A stretch of DNA of 44,724 bases from a phage. A program made the position numbers and the translations under genes. Numbering within the stretch: the stretch's first letter is position 1; the number at the start of each line of letters is the position of its first letter. The notes beneath the pieces are model-generated. The model worked only from the letters and a program-made list of their open reading frames with translations. It did no database searches and was not told the DNA's origin. Where the stretch lies: the NCBI GenBank assembly GCA_025471175.1, contig GCA_025471175.1_4338.1; one strand, given 5' to 3'. Shown here piece by piece: positions 37,170-44,724 of this stretch.

Positions 37170-37204
37170 AGGTGGAGCTTATCATATTTTCAGTGAAAAG
37201 TCAA
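37062..37204. repeat. copy B of the ~145-bp dispersed repeat
   Basis: See copy A; 34-nt identical block at 37139-37172. Confidence 0.7.
37176..37204 (-). promoter_or_regulatory. promoter P_B (extended -10), candidate late promoter
   Basis: Minus strand TTGACT-N17-TAAGCT with TGa before -10; same as P_A. Confidence 0.5.
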
Positions 37205-37218
37205 CTATTCGAATAGTT
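37203..37218. promoter_or_regulatory. perfect 16-bp palindrome, candidate regulator binding site
   Basis: AACTATTCGAATAGTT is its own reverse complement; abuts the -35 of P_B, centre ~41 bp upstream of predicted TSS; shares GAATAGT with the early promoter elements. Confidence 0.5.
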
Positions 37219-37269
37219 TATTCCAACGTTTACAATTGAGTGGAATAACTGGAATACGTAAATAAATAG

Positions 37270-37299
37270 TTTACAGACACCAACATAATAGGGTACTAT
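37270..37299 (+). promoter_or_regulatory. sigma70-like promoter with AATAG element
   Basis: TTTACA-N18-TACTAT; other strand reads AATAGtaccCTATT; AGGAGA RBS then ATG 37327. Confidence 0.5.
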
Positions 37300-37326
37300 T
37301 CAGTTAAATTAAACAGGAGATGATAA

Positions 37327-37848
37327 ATGGTTACTACAGTAATTACTTTCCCTGCGTATGTAGGGGCGAAAATATGCAGGGCTAAAAATGATGTTCGCTA
37401 CTATTTGAACGCTTTTTACATAGACCCTGAAGGATTGATAGTGTCTACGGACGGTCATAGATTGTTCTGCGACAATGTGAAGACCAACGTTGAGAAAGGG
37501 ACTCTCATAGACATCAAAGGGAGAGAGCCTTCTAAATTTAACTACGCAGAGGTAAACCACGACAACGGCAGTGTATCTTTCTATGACGATAATCGTGCGC
37601 TTATATGTACACTTCCGGTAGATGTTGTAGAAGGAAACTTTCCTGACTGGAGACGCGTGGCGCACATCACACCGGGTGTTGTCGACAGTATAGGGTTCAC
37701 TCTGCGCTATTTGGCAGACGCGTACAAGATTTCTAAGGCATACAAAAATGAAATTGCTCGTTTCGATTTCCAGGACCAAACCAGAGGATGCAAAATACAA
37801 TTTTCAAACACGGCCTTTATGGTGTTAATGCCTGCGCGATTTAAATAA
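37327..37848 (+). CDS. truncated DNA polymerase III beta sliding clamp (DnaN)-like protein
   Basis: 173 aa; DVRYYLNAF...STDGHRLFC, GNFPDWRRV, IGFTLRYLADA and C-terminal FMVLMPARFK parallel E. coli DnaN VRYYLNGM...TDGHRLAV, GRFPDYRRV, IGFNVSYVLDVL and YVVMPMRL (recalled from memory). Confidence 0.55.
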   Translation: MVTTVITFPAYVGAKICRAKNDVRYYLNAFYIDPEGLIVSTDGHRLFCDNVKTNVEKGTLIDIKGREPSKFNYAEVNHDNGSVSFYDDNRALICTLPVDVVEGNFPDWRRVAHITPGVVDSIGFTLRYLADAYKISKAYKNEIARFDFQDQTRGCKIQFSNTAFMVLMPARFK

Positions 37849-37853
37849 AACTA

Positions 37854-37877
37854 AGGCCCCATTACAGGGCCTTTTAT
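37854..37877. terminator. bidirectional rho-independent terminator
   Basis: aggccc-cattaca-gggcct then TTTTAT; between convergent genes. Confidence 0.55.
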
Positions 37878-38338
37878 CATTCTGGCTTAGTAACCTTCGC
37901 CGCTTTACTTACCACCTCTACACCATCGGCATCAGTAACCTTGACGAAGTAATCACCTGCCGCGTTGACAGTAAGAGACAAAGCTTCTTCTGGTGCGTTA
38001 ACGACTTCCTTCCCGTCTTTGTACCAGGTCAGCGAATATGGTGCTTTACCTGCCTTAACTTCGACAGTGATAGTTGCGCTGCCGTCTGCCAGTTCCTGGT
38101 CCTGCGGTTGCACAGAGAAATACACATCGCCCGCGTCCGCCAGATACGGAATCTCGTAAAGCATACCAGCCGCTGGTAGCGCAATGCCTGTTTTATCAGC
38201 AAACGGCATATCGTCTACGGGCGTACCTAGTACACTTTCGTCCCCAATAGACACCACGTTCTCACCGGAGCCAGACACGCGAGCAAACTGGACAACGCGA
38301 CGCGACGGTACATCAGTTACTTTGAAAAAGCCCATCAT
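37877..38338 (-). CDS. Ig-like domain protein
   Basis: 153 aa; YSLTWYKDGKEV...GDYFVKV is an Ig-like signature; start overlaps head morphogenesis stop. Confidence 0.5.
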   Translation of the reverse strand: MMGFFKVTDVPSRRVVQFARVSGSGENVVSIGDESVLGTPVDDMPFADKTGIALPAAGMLYEIPYLADAGDVYFSVQPQDQELADGSATITVEVKAGKAPYSLTWYKDGKEVVNAPEEALSLTVNAAGDYFVKVTDADGVEVVSKAAKVTKPE

Positions 38339-39414
38339 TATTCCCCTTTCAGATAATCAGCAACACGTTTATCGAGTTCCGCCATCTGCTTAAGCGTGAG
38401 CGGATTCCCGAAACCATCTACAGATATTACGCGAAACTCCTCCGGTGATATACCGCTGTTGCGGAAAATCTTACCGCGAACAGGTCCGAGTGCTTCATCC
38501 ACGAACCATGCCGGTTGCTGTTTCAGGAACTCGTAATAGGTGGTGTCTGCGCTTACCTGCATACCACCGTCCGCACCCTTAGCCGCGCGTTTTGCACCTT
38601 TATCTAGGAAGTCGAACTCCGAACTGATTACCGGTGCAGTGGTACTTCGACATCCAAAATGGGCGGGGGGCATCGGACCTTTACCGATTTCCCACGTCAT
38701 CCCGTCTCTGGCCCTGCAAATCGTACTGGTACGGCTGTCCAGCGTTGACACCCATTCGTATTTCTCGATGATGTCGTCGTTCTGGCGGTATGTCTCGTTG
38801 CGGGCTTCGTTGGATACGTGAGACAGCGCGGTGCGGATTACCGTAGCCGCGTTGCGTTCAGAGATGTCCGCCAGCCCACCAGCGCCTACGACATTTTTAA
38901 CAATCTGCCGTGTGGTTTGGCCCTGAACAAACCCCATCTTAACGCCGGTTACGAGGCGCGCGGCCTCCGTTTCACCCCAGCCTGCCATCAGCTTAGTGAA
39001 ATCGACGGGCTTGTCGCTTAACGACAGCGGCTGAAACTCGGCAGCAGCCCACACCTGTTCGGCGGTAGGCGTAACAAATTCCGCGTCAACGTTGGCGGTC
39101 AGTGTTTTTACGTTCCACTCAGCCTCATATGCGGCCAGTTCCTTAAGGTCTTCTGTCAGCTTTGTTTGCCAGTCACCGGTAAGCGCGGTAAGTGCTTCTT
39201 CAAGGTCGTGTAACAGTTTATTCAGTCGCGCGGTGCTTCGCCCGTCGTCACCGAATAACAGCACCTGCCGTTTTATTTCGTCCCGCATCTCCTTAATGAA
39301 CGGCGCGAGGTCTTTCACCTCACCGGATGCAGTGCGTTGCAGCCATATCTGGTGGCTGATTAGGGATGTAAGTAAGCTCATAGATAAACCCTGTGACGCT
39401 AAAGTTAATAGCAT
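38338..39414 (-). CDS. head morphogenesis protein (SPP1 gp7 / Mu F-like)
   Basis: 358 aa; TLDSRTSTICRARDGMTWEIGKGPMPPAHFGCRST matches the family motif. Confidence 0.8.
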   Translation of the reverse strand: MLLTLASQGLSMSLLTSLISHQIWLQRTASGEVKDLAPFIKEMRDEIKRQVLLFGDDGRSTARLNKLLHDLEEALTALTGDWQTKLTEDLKELAAYEAEWNVKTLTANVDAEFVTPTAEQVWAAAEFQPLSLSDKPVDFTKLMAGWGETEAARLVTGVKMGFVQGQTTRQIVKNVVGAGGLADISERNAATVIRTALSHVSNEARNETYRQNDDIIEKYEWVSTLDSRTSTICRARDGMTWEIGKGPMPPAHFGCRSTTAPVISSEFDFLDKGAKRAAKGADGGMQVSADTTYYEFLKQQPAWFVDEALGPVRGKIFRNSGISPEEFRVISVDGFGNPLTLKQMAELDKRVADYLKGE

Positions 39415-39440
39415 ACTATAAGAAAGCCCCTTTCGGGGCT
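39415..39440 (-). terminator. candidate partial terminator after portal gene
   Basis: agcccc-tttc-ggggct followed by U-rich stretch on minus strand. Confidence 0.4.
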
Positions 39441-39450
39441 ATATGTGAAC

Positions 39451-40932
39451 TTACTGCTGAGTGGCGTCTTGTTGCTGCGCCTCCTGCGGAATCTCACCTG
39501 TCACCTGAGTAACAGCACCTAACGGCAGCGGTGTATCCTCGATAGCGTTCTGAATGTCTTCATCAGTCCAGTCGGTTACGCCAGCCTTACGCAGCGCGGC
39601 GTAATAAGCAGTGGCGGGTAACAAGCCAGCGTTAATATCCGCCATCCACTGCGCGCGGTCCTGAGCGGTCATAGGTTGCAGGAAGAACTCCATATTCAGT
39701 TTGAACTCAATCTCTGTGCCTTCACGCAACCCTAGCATCGCAGCTACCCAGCGCAGCGCATCGGTATACGCCATGCTTACGTTACGTGCGATTGTCGCCA
39801 TAACAGACGTATCAGCGCCACGTTGCAGACGGGCCGATTCAGCGGTGATTTGCTGAGTCGGGGTGATAAGCTGCGCGCCAATCTGGATGGCTTGGTTCTC
39901 TTTATCCAGCATGTTCTGCTTAGCGAGGTTGTTCTCTCCGGCCTGAACCAGAAACGCATTGCCGCCGTAACCGATGTTATGGCCCGAACGTGAACCCATT
40001 CGCACGCCGTGGGGGTTGGCCTCTTTCCACTGCTCCATGCTCATATTCTCACCCGGGGCGATGAACAAAGTAGGCTGGCCTACTACGAAGCTGGATTCCT
40101 CATTGTCCGCGCTGTTGCGGAAATGCCCGATATTAAGTTCAGCCAACGGCAGCAAAGGCGCATCGTCTACAGTGGCGTCGTTGTTGCTTGCTCCGATGAA
40201 CGTGAACGGGATTTTGCCGCGTAACTGTTCGCCAAGTTCCGGGAATATTTCGATTACTTCATCCTGGGTACCACCTCCGGCATCGAAGCGATAGATTCGC
40301 TGGCGATAGCGGCTGTCAATCAGGTCAAGGACACGGTATTGCTCACCGAACTTGGTTTCAAACTCTGCTCCCGGTTCAGAGTATTCCCATACCTCACGCA
40401 GCACGACCATCGTTACGCGGTTCACCGAACCGATGCGGGTCAGTCGCCAGTTAATGATGTTCTCCGCAGTGTAGAATGCGATGACCGGGTTTAATAGTCC
40501 TGCGTTCTGTTCTGCTGCCGTTGCCGCGGCTGTCTCCGGGGCGTCAACCAGCAACCCACCACGGCCTACCGAGTCAATCTCCATCAGCGTGTCCTGCGCG
40601 TGCTGCCACAGCCCGACACCAGAACCGTCGGCGTTACGTAACAGGTACTCCAGTTCAGGTGGAATAATTTGCTCGGGGTCTTTGCGCATGACACTGCCGA
40701 CCATCCCGGCCAGGGTACGTTTAGTGAAGTTGTAGCAGATAGCACCGTTCTCATATTCTTCCTGGCGCTGGGCCGCGTAGGTTGGGCCTGGTTCGTTCTT
40801 TCCGACGTTGCGAAGATAGCGGATAAGGTCGCCTTCCAGTGCGTGACGTACCTTCTGCCATTTATCGAAGTGATGCAGCCATTCCCGGTGTTTAGTCTTA
40901 ACACCCTGATTCTGACCGTTCATAGTTAACAT
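39451..40932 (-). CDS. portal protein
   Basis: 493 aa between terminase large subunit and head morphogenesis gene; acidic Gln-rich C-terminus. Confidence 0.8.
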   Translation of the reverse strand: MLTMNGQNQGVKTKHREWLHHFDKWQKVRHALEGDLIRYLRNVGKNEPGPTYAAQRQEEYENGAICYNFTKRTLAGMVGSVMRKDPEQIIPPELEYLLRNADGSGVGLWQHAQDTLMEIDSVGRGGLLVDAPETAAATAAEQNAGLLNPVIAFYTAENIINWRLTRIGSVNRVTMVVLREVWEYSEPGAEFETKFGEQYRVLDLIDSRYRQRIYRFDAGGGTQDEVIEIFPELGEQLRGKIPFTFIGASNNDATVDDAPLLPLAELNIGHFRNSADNEESSFVVGQPTLFIAPGENMSMEQWKEANPHGVRMGSRSGHNIGYGGNAFLVQAGENNLAKQNMLDKENQAIQIGAQLITPTQQITAESARLQRGADTSVMATIARNVSMAYTDALRWVAAMLGLREGTEIEFKLNMEFFLQPMTAQDRAQWMADINAGLLPATAYYAALRKAGVTDWTDEDIQNAIEDTPLPLGAVTQVTGEIPQEAQQQDATQQ

Positions 40933-40944
40933 TGAATAATCCTC

Positions 40945-42195
40945 TTAAAGTGCGAAAGTCACCGGGATGTTTATTACTGGTTTAACCACCGGCATCTCGT
41001 AAACTACAGGATAGCCGAGAGCATCCGCCATATGGTCAATGATGCCATCTTTAGCGGGCTCCCCGTTATCGTCGTATGCCTGCTGCTCCAGCGTCTTCGC
41101 TATCTCAGGGCATAAGTGGTCGTTAACCCACAGCTTACCTTTTTCCAGCGCGGTATTCACCGCTAAAACACGGTCTTTAACAGGGGGGTTGGCGGATTTA
41201 GCGCGAACATCAAACCCTGCCTGCTGTAGTAACGCAATATCGGAGATTGACGCCGAGTTGGTTTTGCGGTTCTTGCCGCTGGCGTCTGGGTAAACGACGA
41301 TGCGGTGGCCTTGCGACTTCCACTTCTCAGTAATTACACGCACGGTGTCCGGCGTGTCAAACAAGCCTTTCAGTTCTGCTACCGCGTGCCAGCCGTCCTT
41401 ACGCTGCACATACACGGCGCTGGCGTTCTTTGTAACGTTGAAGTCCTGCCCGATGTACAGTGTGTCGCCGGGTTGAATCGTCTCTTTGCTACGATGCTTA
41501 CGGCGGTCGTATGCGTAGTACACGCTGCCGGAAGTCAGGTTGACGAATTCCCCATTCAGGTAGGCGTTAATCAACTGCGCCGGGTACGTCTCGGTCAGCG
41601 AGCTAATGTAATCCGGTGGCAGGAACCTGGCGTTCTCATGAGTTGACGCCTGCACCATAGAGTAGCTAGGTGTCGGGTTCTCTTTGAACTTGGCATAGAC
41701 GAACTTGAATCCCTCCGGTGTCGTGGTAACGGAGATGTGGTTTACCACTCCAGGGATAACCAGACGCATACGGGCTACGATTTTGTTCCACGCCAGTTCC
41801 GCTTTCTCGCGGCTCAGAACGTCCAGTTCATCAACGACCGCCGCGGCTATTTTGAAACCGACGATAGAGCCTGGGTTATCCATCGAACGGCAGATTACTG
41901 TACCGATTACTGTCTTACCTCTCGTAACGACGACCTCTTTGTCGCCGGATTTAACCAGCACATCAAGGCCTAGGAGGTTAGCAGCTTCCTCGAATGTCGG
42001 GTAGAAGATGTCGCGGATAGCCGGGTAGGTCGGGCCGAAGTAACCAAGGCGCGTACCGGGGTGCTTAAGCATGAATGTAAGCAGGTCCAGACAGCCAACA
42101 AACGTCTTACCGCTACCGAAGCCACCGACATATGCCTTGTATTTGTTATCGCAGTTCAGGAACAGCGCCTGTGGCGCGGATAGCTGAATACTCAT
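40945..42195 (-). CDS. terminase large subunit
   Basis: 416 aa; Walker A YVGGFGSGKT, Walker B VVDELD. Confidence 0.9.
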   Translation of the reverse strand: MSIQLSAPQALFLNCDNKYKAYVGGFGSGKTFVGCLDLLTFMLKHPGTRLGYFGPTYPAIRDIFYPTFEEAANLLGLDVLVKSGDKEVVVTRGKTVIGTVICRSMDNPGSIVGFKIAAAVVDELDVLSREKAELAWNKIVARMRLVIPGVVNHISVTTTPEGFKFVYAKFKENPTPSYSMVQASTHENARFLPPDYISSLTETYPAQLINAYLNGEFVNLTSGSVYYAYDRRKHRSKETIQPGDTLYIGQDFNVTKNASAVYVQRKDGWHAVAELKGLFDTPDTVRVITEKWKSQGHRIVVYPDASGKNRKTNSASISDIALLQQAGFDVRAKSANPPVKDRVLAVNTALEKGKLWVNDHLCPEIAKTLEQQAYDDNGEPAKDGIIDHMADALGYPVVYEMPVVKPVINIPVTFAL

Positions 42196-42737
42196 TCCCC
42201 TACCTCACCCATGTTCGTGGTAACGATTTTACCTACCGGCTCCGCTACGGTGAACACAATCTCAGTCGGCGCAGTTTCTTCGGAGGATTCAACAGGTTTC
42301 TCTTTGCTTAAGCCCAGCTTAGCCGCAGCAAACGTAGCGGAGATACCGGCAGCGCCTGTCTCAGTGAAATACGCCTCTTCCAGCGCCTGAGCGGTTTCAT
42401 AGGCTTCTGCAAACGCCGGAATCTCACGCAACCACAGCTTAATAATAGGGATAGTTACGCCGATGTGTAAGGCGAAGCGGGCCAGTGACGGGGGTTTATC
42501 CTGAATCAGCGGGCGTTCGTCACCCTTGGACGTAGGTACGAGTTCCCATGAGTTGCGGTCAAAGAACCGGATTAACTCGTCGCAATAGTCCGGGTCCCAC
42601 AATGCCGCAGAATTACGGGATGATTGATAAAGACTCTGTTTACCGCGCGGTCGTTTACGGCGACGGTTTGCGCTAACAGCTTCTTCATGCGCAGCTTGCA
42701 CCACCTCTGGCGATGGCCGCTTAAGTTTCAGCTTCAT
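42192..42737 (-). CDS. terminase small subunit, putative
   Basis: ORF track 42192..42776 (GTG); ATG at 42735-42737 follows AAGGGGA; overlaps terminase large start. Confidence 0.55.
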   Translation of the reverse strand: MKLKLKRPSPEVVQAAHEEAVSANRRRKRPRGKQSLYQSSRNSAALWDPDYCDELIRFFDRNSWELVPTSKGDERPLIQDKPPSLARFALHIGVTIPIIKLWLREIPAFAEAYETAQALEEAYFTETGAAGISATFAAAKLGLSKEKPVESSEETAPTEIVFTVAEPVGKIVTTNMGEVGE

Positions 42738-42864
42738 AGAATCCCCTTGCATATGCGTCTGACCATCAGAGCGCACCAGACGCGCCCTACGCGTCTAAAG
42801 GGATTATATAAGGGGATTGGGCGGGATGTACAGAAAAGCCCTCCGTAGAGGGCTTGATGGTTGG

Positions 42865-43020
42865 TTACCCGGTGATATCTCCGCCGTCTACCAGTGCTAA
42901 CGGGATTCTCACTTCACCGTTGAATGTTTCGGCGTACCAGAACTTCTCACATTGCGTTACGCTGAAAACATCAAGTTCTGATGTAGCGCCTGTCTTCCAG
43001 TACACCGTTAACTTTTTCAT
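42865..43020 (-). CDS. hypothetical small protein (51 aa)
   Basis: Below ORF-track cutoff; ATG overlaps upstream stop; followed by hairpin aagccctc-cgtag-agggctt. Confidence 0.35.
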   Translation of the reverse strand: MKKLTVYWKTGATSELDVFSVTQCEKFWYAETFNGEVRIPLALVDGGDITG

Positions 43021-43253
43021 ACATCACCCTCCTCTTTAGCAATGCGTTGCTCAGTTTTAGTGATACCACGGCGCGTGAATAACACCGGGCTTGTCTTAAC
43101 GTGCGTCATCAGACGGTTGTTATAAATTACATGGCGCTCGCAATCAACGTCTTTGCTGTACTTCGCAATCGTCATTTCGTTGATGCCGGTTTGTCGGCAT
43201 GTCTCCGCCATCGAGCCGTATTCTTTAATCAGGTTCGGAATGCTGGTAATCAT
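43017..43253 (-). CDS. small HTH DNA-binding protein
   Basis: ORF track 43017..43277; ATG at 43251-43253 in ATGA overlap; helix-turn-helix like N-terminus. Confidence 0.45.
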   Translation of the reverse strand: MITSIPNLIKEYGSMAETCRQTGINEMTIAKYSKDVDCERHVIYNNRLMTHVKTSPVLFTRRGITKTEQRIAKEEGDV

Positions 43254-43420
43254 CCTAAGAAATTCCTCGTCGTCCACATTGCATTTGGGTATTTATTATC
43301 GCGGTCCTGCACTATGGCAATCATGTTACCGCGCTGCACCAGGCAGAAGTGTCGTTGTTGCTCGCCGTTGTAGCGACGCCAGATTGCTTCTTCGATTGCC
43401 GCGTTAATGTCACTGAACAT
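43250..43420 (-). CDS. hypothetical small protein (56 aa)
   Basis: Below ORF-track cutoff; translationally coupled to downstream HTH gene. Confidence 0.3.
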   Translation of the reverse strand: MFSDINAAIEEAIWRRYNGEQQRHFCLVQRGNMIAIVQDRDNKYPNAMWTTRNFLG

Positions 43421-43676
43421 TAGTATCTACCCCACAGAAATCCAACCAATAGCCCAATGAAGTAACTAAGACCGACCAGACTGATAACCACCTAGAGACT
43501 CATACTATCACCCCACTATCTCATCGCCTAGCCACGCCGTTTCTCTGATATCGTCGACCACACAAGCGGCGTGCTCACGGCTAATTGCAAAAATGTAGAA
43601 GCTAAACTTCTTCCCGTCGGCGTCGATGTGGTTAACCGAGTATGGTTTCCATAGGACGCCATCGATAACTACTGGT

Positions 43677-44081
43677 TTAGGCGACCCCATACGCTTCGCC
43701 GCATTTAATGCATGTGACGCGATGTAACCCACCAACCACATGTAGGTAGTAGTCATGTGCACAAGGCTTTTCGTCCGCCCTCAACTTATCAAGAAGCAAC
43801 TTAAACGCCTCCAGTTGAAACTCACCGTTAATTGACAGTTGCCCACCTAACGTCTGTTTCTCTGACTCAAGCACCATAATACGGCGCTCGAGTGATGCGA
43901 TTGTGATTTTAGGCATTGGGCCACCTTTGTTCAGGTTGAAGCGGTTAATCAGTTCGCGGCGGCGCTCCATAAGATTATCTACCTGCCGTAAGTGGTGCTC
44001 TATGTGGGCATCAATCCACGCTATTTCAGATTCACCGGTCGCCGCTTCTACGCTAAGTTTCTCGTATTCGTTGTTAGTCAC
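43677..44081 (-). CDS. hypothetical protein with C-terminal Cys/His cluster
   Basis: 134 aa; GTG start; CAHDYYLHVVGGLHRVTCIKCGEAYG suggests zinc binding. Confidence 0.45.
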   Translation of the reverse strand: MTNNEYEKLSVEAATGESEIAWIDAHIEHHLRQVDNLMERRRELINRFNLNKGGPMPKITIASLERRIMVLESEKQTLGGQLSINGEFQLEAFKLLLDKLRADEKPCAHDYYLHVVGGLHRVTCIKCGEAYGVA

Positions 44082-44268
44082 TTTCTACAATCTCCCATGT
44101 AACGCCGTGTGCACACTCGCCATCGTCTCTAGGATATATGCAAATAGTGTCACCAACATCATCGGTAATGTCGACGAAACCAAACCTATCTGGGTTCCGC
44201 GCGTCGTACACTTTATCTTTAGTTACGTAGTCACATTCTTCGCTCACTTCAACCGCTTTAACTTTCAT
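44074..44268 (-). CDS. hypothetical acidic protein (64 aa)
   Basis: ORF track 44074..44283; ATG at 44266-44268 preceded by GGGAGAGAAGAA. Confidence 0.4.
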   Translation of the reverse strand: MKVKAVEVSEECDYVTKDKVYDARNPDRFGFVDITDDVGDTICIYPRDDGECAHGVTWEIVESD

Positions 44269-44420
44269 TTCTTCTCTCCCCACATGCGATTGAGATACTT
44301 GTTCTTGTCCGGCCCCGGGAAACTGTTACGTTTCATCAGTTCCTCGCGTGTCGGGATCGGGGCGTGACTGACTTTACGGCCTACTCGTAATGGCTTGCCT
44401 GTTGGACCTTGTTCGCTCAT
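44265..44420 (-). CDS. hypothetical small protein (51 aa)
   Basis: Below ORF-track cutoff; ends GEKK with TGA overlapping next ATG; same 16-nt junction as next gene. Confidence 0.3.
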   Translation of the reverse strand: MSEQGPTGKPLRVGRKVSHAPIPTREELMKRNSFPGPDKNKYLNRMWGEKK

Positions 44421-44566
44421 TTCTTCTCTCCCACATAAGCTGCTTTAAGTGCCTTCATCGCCGCAGCCCAGAACGAATCCGCAGGAATGCTTCCACCCAG
44501 GTTACTAACGGCGATGCGTGCCATCAGTTGCGCGTCTTCGAATGCTTCTTTATCTGTGATTTTCAT
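44417..44566 (-). CDS. hypothetical small protein (49 aa)
   Basis: Below ORF-track cutoff; AAGGAG RBS; ends GEKK with identical junction. Confidence 0.3.
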   Translation of the reverse strand: MKITDKEAFEDAQLMARIAVSNLGGSIPADSFWAAAMKALKAAYVGEKK

Positions 44567-44724
44567 TTTCCAAACACTCCTTTAGTTTTCAGATTATTGC
44601 GGTAGAACTGCATCACATGTTCGTTATGGAAGTTACTCATCTTCTCTACTCCGTTCTCGTTGTCGATGGAGTAAATATAATTGGTGTCAGAGTAATAGTC
44701 AACTAGTCATTGCAGAAAATAGAT

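Noticed and set aside
1-44724. Integrase / attP / lysogeny module
   Set aside because: No recombinase-like ORF and no CI-cro-style immunity region found; the XRE-type gene at 7853-8068 is isolated, so the region is treated as a virulent phage genome rather than a prophage

Overview
The window reads as most or all of a tailed dsDNA phage genome of the Enterobacteriaceae-infecting siphovirus type. No integrase or attP-like module was seen, so it is probably virulent. All calls are by eye from the sequence and ORF track; no searches were run, and coordinates of non-CDS features are approximate (a few nt). Layout in alternating strand blocks: (i) 278-4543 minus: small early-type ORFs, an HslV/proteasome-like peptidase, and a holin-holin-lysozyme cassette. 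(ii) 5001-17580 plus: replication/recombination module (HTH regulator, primase-helicase, DUF2800-like nuclease, SSB-like protein, family A DNA polymerase, VRR-NUC, C5-cytosine methyltransferase, SNF2 helicase). (iii) 17609-27397 minus: tailspike, tail tip, tape measure, G/GT chaperone with a -1 frameshift site. (iv) 27505-29385 plus: a promoter-to-terminator moron (Imm-like membrane protein, HTH-metallophosphoesterase, two small ORFs) beside an HNH-type endonuclease. (v) 29382-36951 minus: tail tube, neck, capsid, scaffold, spanins. (vi) 37327-37848 plus: a truncated beta-clamp (DnaN)-like protein. (vii) 37877-44724 minus: Ig-domain protein, head morphogenesis, portal, terminase, small coupled ORFs. 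The most interesting signals are non-coding: two homologous promoter-leader-terminator units at the heads of both leftward transcription units (candidate antitermination RNA or ~200-nt sRNA), and a family of sigma70-like promoters carrying an AATAG-N4-CTATT inverted repeat, with a perfect 16-bp palindrome of the same half-site about 41 bp upstream of the putative late promoter.
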